Origin: Anaerolineaceae bacterium
GTDB taxonomy: Bacteria; Chloroflexota; Anaerolineae; Anaerolineales; Anaerolineaceae
Direction: 5' to 3'
Assembly (NCBI GenBank): GCA_040772085.1
Contig: JAXGYU010000001.1
Coordinates: 1,475,366 to 1,507,365, forward strand
Length of the DNA: 32,000 nucleotides
Made by a program: the position numbers and the translations under genes. A model generated the notes under the pieces. That model searched no databases, had not been told where the DNA came from, and saw only the letters and a program-made list of their open reading frames with translations. Shown here piece after piece: positions 7,356-15,068 of this stretch (its first letter is position 1; every line of letters starts with the position of its first letter).

Positions 7356-8411
7356 CTACCCCCAGATATCCCCCATGGTGTAGCCTTCCTGGAAGGGATC
7401 GTCGGGATCGAGCATGTATTGCGCGATGCCGGTGATCCACGCCTGACCGCTGATGGTCGGCACAACTGCCTTATAGGGCCCGACCTGCGTTTCCTCAATC
7501 AGCCGCCCGGTGAAGATTGTTCCCAGGATGCCCTCGTGGCGGAAGTCTTCGTTCAAACCCAGCAGACCTTTGGCGTGCAGCACCGCCATTTTAGCGCTGG
7601 TGCCTGTGCCGCACGGTGAGCGGTCGATGATGCCTTTCCATGTCGCCGGGCGATTCCAGTCCAGCTCGCCGGTCGAGACGATCACCGCGTTCTTGCGATG
7701 CGCGCCGGGCGCTGTGGCAGGTCCGGAGAGCTGCCCGATGGTGACGCCATTGAAGCCGGGCTGCTCGGGATGCACGACCGGGAGCTGTTCCTTCGCGGCA
7801 GCTTTGATCATCTCACCCACGCGCACAATCTCGCCGCCCTCCTCCGGGCGGATGGTGATGCCGAATTGATCGGCGTCAGCGATGACATAGAACATGCCGC
7901 CATACGCTACGTCCACCACCACTTTGCCCAGGTGCGGCACATCGATCGTCTCATTCACGTAAGCGGCAAAGGCCGGCACATTGCGGAAGGTGACCTGCTT
8001 GACCTTGCCGTTCTCGCACTCGGCGCGGATGCCCACCAGCCCTGCCGGCGACTCGAGATTGAATTCCGTCACAGGCTCAACCATCGGCAAAATGCCGGTC
8101 TCGAGCAGGACAGTAGCGACACAGATGGTATTGGTACCCGACATGCCGGGGTATTCCACCTGCTCCATGATCACATATCCGGCAGCGGCGTCAGGGCGCG
8201 TGGGAGGCAGGATGATGTTGCAGCAGGTAACCGGGTTACCGCGCGGCTCACGCAGCATCAGCTTACGCAGCCAGTCTACATGGTCGCGCAGGTAGACCAT
8301 TTTGTCATACATGCTGCCGCCAGGTACATCCGCTACACCGCCGACGATCACCCGACCGGGCTCACCGCAGGCGTGCGCGTCAACCGCATGAATCACCTTT
8401 GAAATCCGCAT
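7356..8411 (-). CDS. Proline racemase / hydroxyproline epimerase / hydroxyproline dehydratase family protein
   Basis: IHAVDAHACGEPGRVIVGG N-terminus and DRSPCGTGTSA second catalytic motif. The first catalytic motif reads GMSGTNTI (Ser where racemases have MCGH). Confidence 0.9.
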   Translation of the reverse strand: MRISKVIHAVDAHACGEPGRVIVGGVADVPGGSMYDKMVYLRDHVDWLRKLMLREPRGNPVTCCNIILPPTRPDAAAGYVIMEQVEYPGMSGTNTICVATVLLETGILPMVEPVTEFNLESPAGLVGIRAECENGKVKQVTFRNVPAFAAYVNETIDVPHLGKVVVDVAYGGMFYVIADADQFGITIRPEEGGEIVRVGEMIKAAAKEQLPVVHPEQPGFNGVTIGQLSGPATAPGAHRKNAVIVSTGELDWNRPATWKGIIDRSPCGTGTSAKMAVLHAKGLLGLNEDFRHEGILGTIFTGRLIEETQVGPYKAVVPTISGQAWITGIAQYMLDPDDPFQEGYTMGDIWG

Positions 8412-8560
8412 GTCACTCCCTCACGTAAGAAGATTCTCAATTGGCAAAGACGTTTGTAAACTTACAAAAAGAGTTGTGAATAATGGCATTATAGCGTTAT
8501 TCGTACGCAGCATGAACAAATAATGGCTGACGAAGATGAAAAGCGCCACTAGCCGCGCTT

Positions 8561-8569
8561 TGCTATAAT
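8561..8569 (+). promoter_or_regulatory. Candidate extended -10 promoter for the ygeY-like gene
   Basis: TGCTATAAT (TGn + TATAAT), 35 nt upstream of ATG 8604. SD AAGGAG at 8593-8598. Confidence 0.35.
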
Positions 8570-8603
8570 CAACACAGACCGATTACGATTCCAAGGAGTT
8601 CGC

Positions 8604-9824
8604 ATGCCAACACAGGAGATTAAATCAGAGGTCGCCCGGCTGGTGCAGGCACAAGAGCAGGACATCCTGCGCTTCCTGCGCGAGATCATCGCCATCCCCA
8701 GTATGAACTCGCAACTGGGCGAGGTTGGTGAACGCATCGGCGCCGAAATGCGCAAGCTGGGTTTCGAGGAAGTACGTTTTGACAAGATGGGCAACATCAT
8801 GGGACGCCTGGGCAGCGGACCGCGTGTGCTGGTTTATGACTCGCACATCGACACGGTCGGAATCGGCGACCCGGCGGAATGGACCCATGACCCATTTGAA
8901 GGCAAGATCGAGAACGGCGTCCTGTACGGCCGCGGCGCCTGCGACGAAAAGGGCAGCACGCCGGGCATGGTGTATGGCATGTCCATCGCCAAACAGCTTG
9001 GTCTGCTGGAAGGCTGGACGGTGTGGTATTTTGGCAACATGGAAGAGTGGTGTGACGGCATCGCGCCGAACACTTTTGTCGAGGTTGACCCGGCCATCCG
9101 GCCTGATTTTGTCGTCATCGGCGAGCCGACCAAAATGAACATCTACCGCGGGCACAAGGGCCGTGTCGAGATGAAGGTCGTCTCCAAGGGTCGCAGCGTA
9201 CACGCCGCCAGCAATCACCTGGGCGACAACGCCATTTACAACCTGCTGCCGGTCATCGCCGGCATCCGCGATCTGGAACCCAGCCTCGGTGATCACCCCT
9301 TCCTCGGACATGGCAAGATCACGGTCAGCGATATGCAGGTGCAGACGCCGAGCATCAACGCCGTGCCGGATGAAGCGGTCATCTTTATTGACCGGCGCAT
9401 GACCTTCGGTGAGACGAAAGAAGCCGCCATCGCTCAAGTCGAGGCGCTCATTCCGGCCGAACTGAAGGACCGCGTCAAGGTTGAGCCGCTCTTCTACGAT
9501 GAGCCGTCCTACACCGGATTCGTCTATGAAGTCGACAAATACTTCCCGGCCTGGATGCTGGAAGAAGACCACCCGCTGGTGCGGGCCGGGCTGGAGGCAC
9601 GACGACAGGTCGGTCTGGTTGACGCGCCTGCCGGCAAATGGGATTTCAGCACGAACGGCATCTACTGGGCCGGCAAGGCTGGCATCCCCAGTATCGGTTT
9701 TGCGCCGGGCGATGAAACCACCGCCCACACGGTCAACGACTGCGTGCCGTTGGCAGACGTGATCAAATCAACTGAGTTCTACGCCCTGTTTCCCGCCATC
9801 TTGCGCGAAACGCTGGACGAATAA
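8604..9824 (+). CDS. ygeY: M20-family metallohydrolase, YgeY-like
   Basis: SHIDTVGIGD, GRGACDEKG, IGEPT, YRGHKGR, GDNAI and FSTNG...IGFAPGDE..AH. By recall it is colinear with E. coli YgeY along the whole length. Confidence 0.85.
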   Translation: MPTQEIKSEVARLVQAQEQDILRFLREIIAIPSMNSQLGEVGERIGAEMRKLGFEEVRFDKMGNIMGRLGSGPRVLVYDSHIDTVGIGDPAEWTHDPFEGKIENGVLYGRGACDEKGSTPGMVYGMSIAKQLGLLEGWTVWYFGNMEEWCDGIAPNTFVEVDPAIRPDFVVIGEPTKMNIYRGHKGRVEMKVVSKGRSVHAASNHLGDNAIYNLLPVIAGIRDLEPSLGDHPFLGHGKITVSDMQVQTPSINAVPDEAVIFIDRRMTFGETKEAAIAQVEALIPAELKDRVKVEPLFYDEPSYTGFVYEVDKYFPAWMLEEDHPLVRAGLEARRQVGLVDAPAGKWDFSTNGIYWAGKAGIPSIGFAPGDETTAHTVNDCVPLADVIKSTEFYALFPAILRETLDE

Positions 9825-9850
9825 TTTTCACACCAAGGAGTGCCCGCATT

Positions 9851-10828
9851 ATGCAAACCTATCTGCACGGACGTGATCTGATTGGCGATCTCGATTTTTC
9901 AAAGGAAGAAGTTGAAACCGTTCTGGATGTCGCCTTCGACCTGAAGCGCAAACGCGCGCTGGGCGAACCGCACCCTTACCTGCGCGACAAGGTGCTGGCC
10001 ATGCTGTTCTTCTTCTCCAGCACGCGCACCCGCGGCTCGTTCGAAGCCGGCATGGCGCAGCTTGGCGGTCACGGCGCGTTCATCGAAAGCGCCACCACCC
10101 AGATCAAGCACGGTGACACCGCCAAAGAGATCGGCGAGATCTATGGCCGCTATTTCGACGGCATCGCCATCCGCCACTGCGACTGGAAGCTCGGCAACCC
10201 CTACCTGAACGAGGTGGCGCAGTACTCGCGCGTGCCGGTGCTCAACATGCAATGCGACGTCTATCACCCTTTCCAGTGTCTGGCCGACCTGATGACGATT
10301 ATGGAGAAAAAGGGCAAGGACCTGCGCAAGAAGAAGGTCGTGGTCTCATGGGCCTACGCATCGTCCTATCTCAAACCGATCTCCGTGCCGCAATCGCTGA
10401 TCCTGCAACTGCCGCGTTTCAGCATGGATGTCACGCTCTCCTATCCCGAAGAATTCAAGCTGATGCCCGAGATCGAAGCCGAGGCGAAGGCGCAGGCCAA
10501 GAAGTTCGGCACCGAGTTCAAGGTGGTGCATGACATGAAGGAAGGCTTCAAGGATGTGGATGTGGTCTATGCCAAGAGCTGGGGACCCCTGCTGACGACC
10601 GATGATCCGAAGAAGGGTCAGCAATTGCAGGATAAATATAAGGACTGGATTGCCGACGCGAAGAAGATGAAGGCTGCCAGGAGCGACGCCATCTATATGC
10701 ATCCGCTGCCGGCAGACCGCGATATCGAGGTCAGCAGTGATGTGATCGACGGCCCGCAAAGCGTGGTGTACGACGAGGCGGAGAACCGTTTGCACGCGCA
10801 GAAGGCGGTCATGGCACTGACGATGTAG
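9851..10828 (+). CDS. ygeW: Knotted-class carbamoyltransferase, YgeW/AOTCase-like
   Basis: SSTRTRGSFEAG (carbamoyl-phosphate motif), NMQCDVYHPFQCLADL, VSWAYASSYLKPISVPQS, VVYAKSWG, YMHPLPAD and DEAENRLHAQKAVMA. Confidence 0.85.
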   Translation: MQTYLHGRDLIGDLDFSKEEVETVLDVAFDLKRKRALGEPHPYLRDKVLAMLFFFSSTRTRGSFEAGMAQLGGHGAFIESATTQIKHGDTAKEIGEIYGRYFDGIAIRHCDWKLGNPYLNEVAQYSRVPVLNMQCDVYHPFQCLADLMTIMEKKGKDLRKKKVVVSWAYASSYLKPISVPQSLILQLPRFSMDVTLSYPEEFKLMPEIEAEAKAQAKKFGTEFKVVHDMKEGFKDVDVVYAKSWGPLLTTDDPKKGQQLQDKYKDWIADAKKMKAARSDAIYMHPLPADRDIEVSSDVIDGPQSVVYDEAENRLHAQKAVMALTM

Positions 10829-10847
10829 GCTGGTTGTGGAAGATGTG

Positions 10848-10878
10848 AAGCGGGTGGATTAATTCCACCCGCTTTTTT
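10848..10878 (+). terminator. Rho-independent terminator of the ygeY/ygeW-like pair
   Basis: 11-bp stem AAGCGGGTGGA / TCCACCCGCTT, 5-nt loop, then a T-tract (10873-10878). Confidence 0.85.
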
Positions 10879-10889
10879 GTTGGTAGATG

Positions 10890-10963
10890 GATTCTTCACG
10901 GCAGCCAAGACGATCCATCCATAGGGGAGCCGCAAGCACACATGTTTTTGTTTGTGCTGGCGG
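10890..10963. repeat. Degenerate third copy of the 3-prime part of the 120-bp repeat
   Basis: GATTCTTC...GATCCATCCATAGGGGAG followed by a hairpin (CCGCAAGCACA / TGTGCTGGCGG). The layout matches 11377-11446, but the stem sequence differs. Confidence 0.4.
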
Positions 10964-11006
10964 AGGTTGTTTTTGTAGGGCGGTTCACGTTCTTTGAACC
11001 GCCATT
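10959..11006. repeat. REP-like palindromic element, copy 1
   Basis: GGCGGAGG-TTG..TTGTAGGGCGGTTCACGTTCTTTGAACCGCCATT. Contains a 9-bp stem GGCGGTTCA / TGAACCGCC (10979-11003). Confidence 0.75.
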
Positions 11007-11065
11007 TCTGCCCTGTTGAACCGATTGATTGATGAGGGTATTTTGGCTCCCCCGTGAGGGGGGAC

Positions 11066-11115
11066 GGCGGAGGGGTTGATATTGTAGGGCGGTTCACGGT
11101 CTTTGAACCGCCATT
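11066..11115. repeat. REP-like palindromic element, copy 2
   Basis: GGCGGAGGGGTTGATATTGTAGGGCGGTTCACGGTCTTTGAACCGCCATT. The 33-bp core differs from copy 1 by one base. Confidence 0.75.
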
Positions 11116-11135
11116 CATATAATTGAATTCGAAAT

Positions 11136-11160
11136 GTCGGGAGCAAGACCGGCTCCCGAC
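11136..11160. other. Stand-alone GC-rich hairpin
   Basis: GTCGGGAGC-aagaccg-GCTCCCGAC, a perfect 9-bp stem. Confidence 0.5.
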
Positions 11161-11182
11161 CTACATCCTACAGCCTATGTCT

Positions 11183-11303
11183 GGTCAAGGCAATCACAGA
11201 GCAGATTGCTATGCCACTTCAGCCAGACATTAATTCTCTGCCGCAATCGAGATTATCCATCCGTAGGGGAGCGGGCAAATTGATCTGCATTTGCCCCTCC
11301 CGC
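11183..11303. repeat. About 120-bp two-hairpin repeat, copy 1
   Basis: The first 27 nt (GGTCAAGGCAATCACAGAGCAGATTGC) are identical to copy 2. It ends ATCCGTAGGGGAGCGGGCAAATTGATCTGCATTTGCCCCTCCCGC (bulged hairpin). Confidence 0.8.
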
Positions 11304-11328
11304 AGTTGAAACCAACATCAATCCAAAC

Positions 11329-11448
11329 GGTCAAGGCAATCACAGAGCAGATTGCCGTGACCCTACAGCCCGACGTTGATTCTTCGCCACATTCGAGATT
11401 ATCGATCCGTAGGGGAGTGGGCAACTGATTTGCATTTGCCCCTCCCGC
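11329..11448. repeat. About 120-bp two-hairpin repeat, copy 2
   Basis: Lies 146 bp downstream of copy 1 in the same orientation. Substitutions are scattered through the central part. Hairpin 1 is extended here (GGTCAAGGCAATC / GATTGCCGTGACC). Confidence 0.8.
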
Positions 11449-11472
11449 GATCAGGCTGGGGTAATACTCTCG

Positions 11473-13491
11473 CTATTCTTCTTCGAGACCCAGGTAGCGC
11501 CGCAGCATGCCGACAGCCTCGGCGACCGCGGGCGAATTGGGCTTCTTCAATTTCAGCGTCTCATATGCCGGCAGAATGATGCGCACGCTTTGCGGCGACG
11601 GCTGGCCGTACAAACGCTCGCGCACCAGCGCCAGCGCGTGTTCGCCGTCGTTCATCGCCAGCAACGCCAGCGCCTGATCGAGATGAAAATCCTTTGGGTT
11701 ATCCGCCAGCGCGGCAGCCCGCCGGAACGCGGAGAGCGCCGCGGGGAAATCGGAGCCGGCATAATTGAGCTGCCCTTGCAGCACATGATTGATGAACTGG
11801 TTGGGCGAGATGGCATGCGCCTTCTCGATATCCTGCTGGGCCTCTTCAAGCGCGTTCATGCGGATCGCCGCGTCTGCCCGGTTTTGGTATGCCAGCACAA
11901 AGTCAGGCTGCTGCTCGAGCGCCTTGGTGAAATCAGCGTATGCCTGCGGCAGATGCCCCAGCTCGAGCTGACTGGCGCCGCGGTTGTTATACGCTTTGGC
12001 GCCAAAGACCGGCGATTCGACCACTTTGTTGAAATCCTCAATCGCGCGTTGGTATTCGCCCATCTGGTAGAGCGCCACACCGCGGTTGTATTCGACCGGA
12101 CTGTTGGTATCAAACGTCATTGACTTGTCGTAATAACCGACCGCGGTGGCGAGATCATTGCGCAGGTGCGCCTTGAGCCCGACCTCGAACATCATGTCAG
12201 CCAGCGCCAGCCGGGTTTCGTCCATCGTCAGCTTTTTAACCTTGCCGGCATAATGGTCGGCAAACGCCGAAAGGTCCGCGGCAGCTTCCTTAGCATCAAT
12301 GCCGCTCAGGTCAAGCGCCATCTCTGAGAAATGCAGACGCTCGCCATCATCAAGGATGTCATAATTGCGCAGCACCTGCAATGCAGCCTTGCAAGCCTCA
12401 CCGTCCGGTTTGCCGCCATCGGTCTTTGCCATCGCGTAGCGGCAGACCAGGTCAGTGCGCGGCACGGAACCGGCGGCGACGAAGATCGACAGCGACTCGA
12501 GGATGTTGGCAGCCAGCGGATTCTTCTGCTTGATCTCGGTGCGGCTGGCCTGCCACTCCTGCTGCAGACTGAACTGCACCAGCGACGTCATCTCATCACC
12601 GTTTACTTCCAGCTTGCCCATATTGGCGAGCCGGCGCAAGGGGTTGATGACCCGCTCGGGGTTGCCCTCGCTGCGTTCCAGCAGGATTTGCTGCGCGCCC
12701 GGATCGAGCGTGACGCCATAGGTCTTGCTGGCGGCCTCAGCCAATGCGTTGGTCTGATCCTGGTTGAGCTTCTGCAGGGTCAGGATACCAAAGCCCTGAC
12801 CGCGCAGCCACTGGGTGTAATGCAAATCCATCTGATCGGCTTCAGCATCGGCGATAACGTACAGTGACGCGCAGTTTTTGAGCGCGTAAATGGCATATTG
12901 CAGCAAGCTGCGCTGAACAGCCGGGAAATGCAGCGGCAGGTCTTCAATGTAAAGCAATGCGGGTTTCTTGGGATCGACCTGTTTGATGATGGCGTTGTAA
13001 ACGGTGCCGGGGTCGGTGTTGCCGAACTTGCGCCAGGGGGCGAAGATGCGGTTAGCCGGTACCTTCTCTTCCCTGATCGCGCGCCTGATCAGCTCGGCAG
13101 CCGCACGGCTTTTACCGGTCTTGTTACTGCCGGTGATCAGCAGCATGCGGTTGGCATCCAGATTGATCTGGTCAATACCGCCGCGCGCCACCCAGGGCAC
13201 TTCGCCGCCCTTGCCGGGCACAATGCTGTCAACCGAAATATTCTCGAGCGCGGTTACAACTGTCTCTTCGACCGCGGGCTTATGGAAGAGCAATGTGGCA
13301 AAACCGATCAGCAAACTGAAGATGGTGAGGATATCGCGAACAACCTGAATGGTGCTCTTATTCTCATTCAGCACCGGCACAAGGTTATAGATCCAGGGCA
13401 GCCAGACGCGGCTCGAAAGCCACAGCAGCGGCACGCCCACCAGCAGCACAATGATCAGAATATTCTTCTTGCTGAGACTCGGTTTTTTCAT
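11473..13491 (-). CDS. Membrane-anchored P-loop NTPase (STAND/AAA_16-like) with C-terminal TPR repeats
   Basis: Two N-terminal TM segments, Walker A GSNKTGKS, Walker B-like ALLYIEDL, a SEGNPERV segment reminiscent of the GxP motif, and at least 5 TPR-like repeats (YNRGVALYQMGEYQRAIEDF, YNNRGASQLELGH.., YQNRADAAIRMN..). The track start is TTG 13494; ATG 13491 is adjacent. Confidence 0.8.
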   Translation of the reverse strand: MKKPSLSKKNILIIVLLVGVPLLWLSSRVWLPWIYNLVPVLNENKSTIQVVRDILTIFSLLIGFATLLFHKPAVEETVVTALENISVDSIVPGKGGEVPWVARGGIDQINLDANRMLLITGSNKTGKSRAAAELIRRAIREEKVPANRIFAPWRKFGNTDPGTVYNAIIKQVDPKKPALLYIEDLPLHFPAVQRSLLQYAIYALKNCASLYVIADAEADQMDLHYTQWLRGQGFGILTLQKLNQDQTNALAEAASKTYGVTLDPGAQQILLERSEGNPERVINPLRRLANMGKLEVNGDEMTSLVQFSLQQEWQASRTEIKQKNPLAANILESLSIFVAAGSVPRTDLVCRYAMAKTDGGKPDGEACKAALQVLRNYDILDDGERLHFSEMALDLSGIDAKEAAADLSAFADHYAGKVKKLTMDETRLALADMMFEVGLKAHLRNDLATAVGYYDKSMTFDTNSPVEYNRGVALYQMGEYQRAIEDFNKVVESPVFGAKAYNNRGASQLELGHLPQAYADFTKALEQQPDFVLAYQNRADAAIRMNALEEAQQDIEKAHAISPNQFINHVLQGQLNYAGSDFPAALSAFRRAAALADNPKDFHLDQALALLAMNDGEHALALVRERLYGQPSPQSVRIILPAYETLKLKKPNSPAVAEAVGMLRRYLGLEEE

Positions 13492-13625
13492 CAATCACCG
13501 CCACAGTTCGCTTTGTATCATTTTACATGATTGCGGGGCAGGACGCATGAAACCAGGCAAAAACTGCCGGTTCTGATGCAAAGAATCAGCCCTGGTGCAG
13601 CAACATCAAGAAAATGCGTCACCCG

Positions 13626-14096
13626 CTAGACGACGCGCTCACCGCCATACTGATCATAGAGCCGCTTGAAATACTCGTAATGCAGCGCTTCCCATTGCGC
13701 CAGTTTGTCGAACAAGATTTGCAGACGCAGGTCACCGCCTAGAAATTCCTTGTTAGACCGGTAATAATTCTCAGCCTCTTTCTCCAGCCGCATGCCAACG
13801 GAGAAGACCATTAATGCCGTATCAAGCGAGGAGAAATCAAGATTATCGGTTTTGAAAATACCAGGTTCGGGCAGTATGATTTCGCTTTTATCCATATCCC
13901 GGGTCGACTGCCCATGCAACCGGTTCAGTTCAGACTTCAGATAGTCCTGATGCAGTTTCTCTTCGTCAGCCAGGCGCAGCAGCGCTTCTTTGACTTCCGG
14001 TGTATTGATGCACTCGGCAGCCATCTCGTAAAACTTTTGCCCGTCAACTTCATTAAGGAACGCCGTTTTGAAAACAGAAATCAAATCCCTATCCAT
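13626..14096 (-). CDS. Ferritin-like / rubrerythrin-family diiron-type four-helix-bundle protein
   Basis: E...ExxH twice: NEVDGQKFYEMA + ADEEKLHQ, and LEKEAENYY + AQWEALHYEYF. The start is ambiguous (TTG 14141, ATG 14105, GTG 14099, ATG 14096). AAGGAG at 14111-14106 favours 14099 or 14096. Confidence 0.75.
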   Translation of the reverse strand: MDRDLISVFKTAFLNEVDGQKFYEMAAECINTPEVKEALLRLADEEKLHQDYLKSELNRLHGQSTRDMDKSEIILPEPGIFKTDNLDFSSLDTALMVFSVGMRLEKEAENYYRSNKEFLGGDLRLQILFDKLAQWEALHYEYFKRLYDQYGGERVV

Positions 14097-14214
14097 CACC
14101 GCCATCTCCTTTAAATAATGAATACCTGACAAAATTTGCAACAGACTAAGTATATTTTATTTTTATCTGCAAGTCACATTATTGGGGTTAATGAGCGCTG
14201 TCGGTGAGGAATTT

Positions 14215-15021
14215 CTATGCTTTTTTAGCCTTGACGCTGAAGACCAATGGCAGCGCCGGCAGCCCCTCGGGCACATACCAGTAACCATCCTCGCGCCTTT
14301 CCAGCCAGTCAAACATGGGATAGTTCGTCTGCGCGAACTCATGCAGATACTCGAGTTTCAATCCGACGTTGACCAGTTGCGTGATCACCTCGCCCAACGG
14401 GTAGGCCCACTCATAGGAGACCTTTTCCTGGGTCTCGGCATCGCGGTCAGCATAACTGCCCTTCACCTCGAGGACCAGCGCGCCTTCATTGAAGTAGCTA
14501 TAGCGCAGCGCCGGAGTTGTCGCTTCATCATCGAAGATCATGACAGCGGGATGATACTCCGCCATGTAGAAGGTGCCGCCCGGCTTGAGATAGCGCGCGA
14601 TCAGCTCAGCCCATGCCCGCAGGTCGGGCAGCCACGTCAGCACGCCGTAGGACATGAAGACGATATCGAATGTCTCATCGAGGTGCTGCGGAAGGTCATA
14701 GAGGTTGCTAACGATGAACCGCGCCGGCAGATGCAACGCTACAGCGCTCTCTCGAGCGATGGCAATCGCGTCCTCTGAGAAATCGACACCAGTGACATCA
14801 GCGCCGAGCATCGCCATGCTGAGCGTGTCATGTCCGAAGTGACACATCAGGTGCAATACGCGGGCGCCTGGCAGCAATCCCTCCAGTTCGCGGCGTTCGA
14901 TCTCGTGCAGTGTGTTGCGACGATTATTGAGGAAATCCTGATGCGCGTACAGGTCCGATTTGACGTTGATGCGCGCCCGTTCGTTCCACATTCTGCGGTT
15001 GAATTCAATCCCCTCGTGCAT
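14215..15021 (-). CDS. Class I SAM-dependent methyltransferase (not ArsM-like)
   Basis: Motif I-like VLHLMCHFGHD, VTGVDFSEDAI and post-I/II IVFMSYGVL..LKPGGTF. Only one Cys in the protein. SD GGAGGAG. Confidence 0.8.
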   Translation of the reverse strand: MHEGIEFNRRMWNERARINVKSDLYAHQDFLNNRRNTLHEIERRELEGLLPGARVLHLMCHFGHDTLSMAMLGADVTGVDFSEDAIAIARESAVALHLPARFIVSNLYDLPQHLDETFDIVFMSYGVLTWLPDLRAWAELIARYLKPGGTFYMAEYHPAVMIFDDEATTPALRYSYFNEGALVLEVKGSYADRDAETQEKVSYEWAYPLGEVITQLVNVGLKLEYLHEFAQTNYPMFDWLERREDGYWYVPEGLPALPLVFSVKAKKA

Positions 15022-15068
15022 GTCTCCTCCGGCTGAGGTTCAGGATAGTCCGATTATATCCGGAGCGG

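Noticed and set aside
8625-9728. 367-aa minus-strand ORF
   Set aside because: It is antisense to the clearly homologous YgeY-like M20 gene. Its Arg/Ala/Gly/Asp-rich composition is typical of mirror frames in GC-rich coding DNA.
10693-11424. Minus-strand ORFs 10693-11118 and 11230-11424, which share LPYGWI peptides
   Set aside because: The shared peptide only reflects the repeated DNA (ATCCATCCGTAGGGGAG). The ORFs run through hairpin repeats and a terminator and have no SD.
11183-11448. Possible CRISPR array
   Set aside because: There are only two copies of a 120-bp unit separated by 25 bp. The repeats are far longer than CRISPR repeats and are internally divergent, and no cas genes are present.
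14215-15021. Calling the ars-linked methyltransferase ArsM
   Set aside because: It has a single cysteine, whereas ArsM needs several conserved Cys residues for As(III) binding. It is kept as a generic class I methyltransferase.
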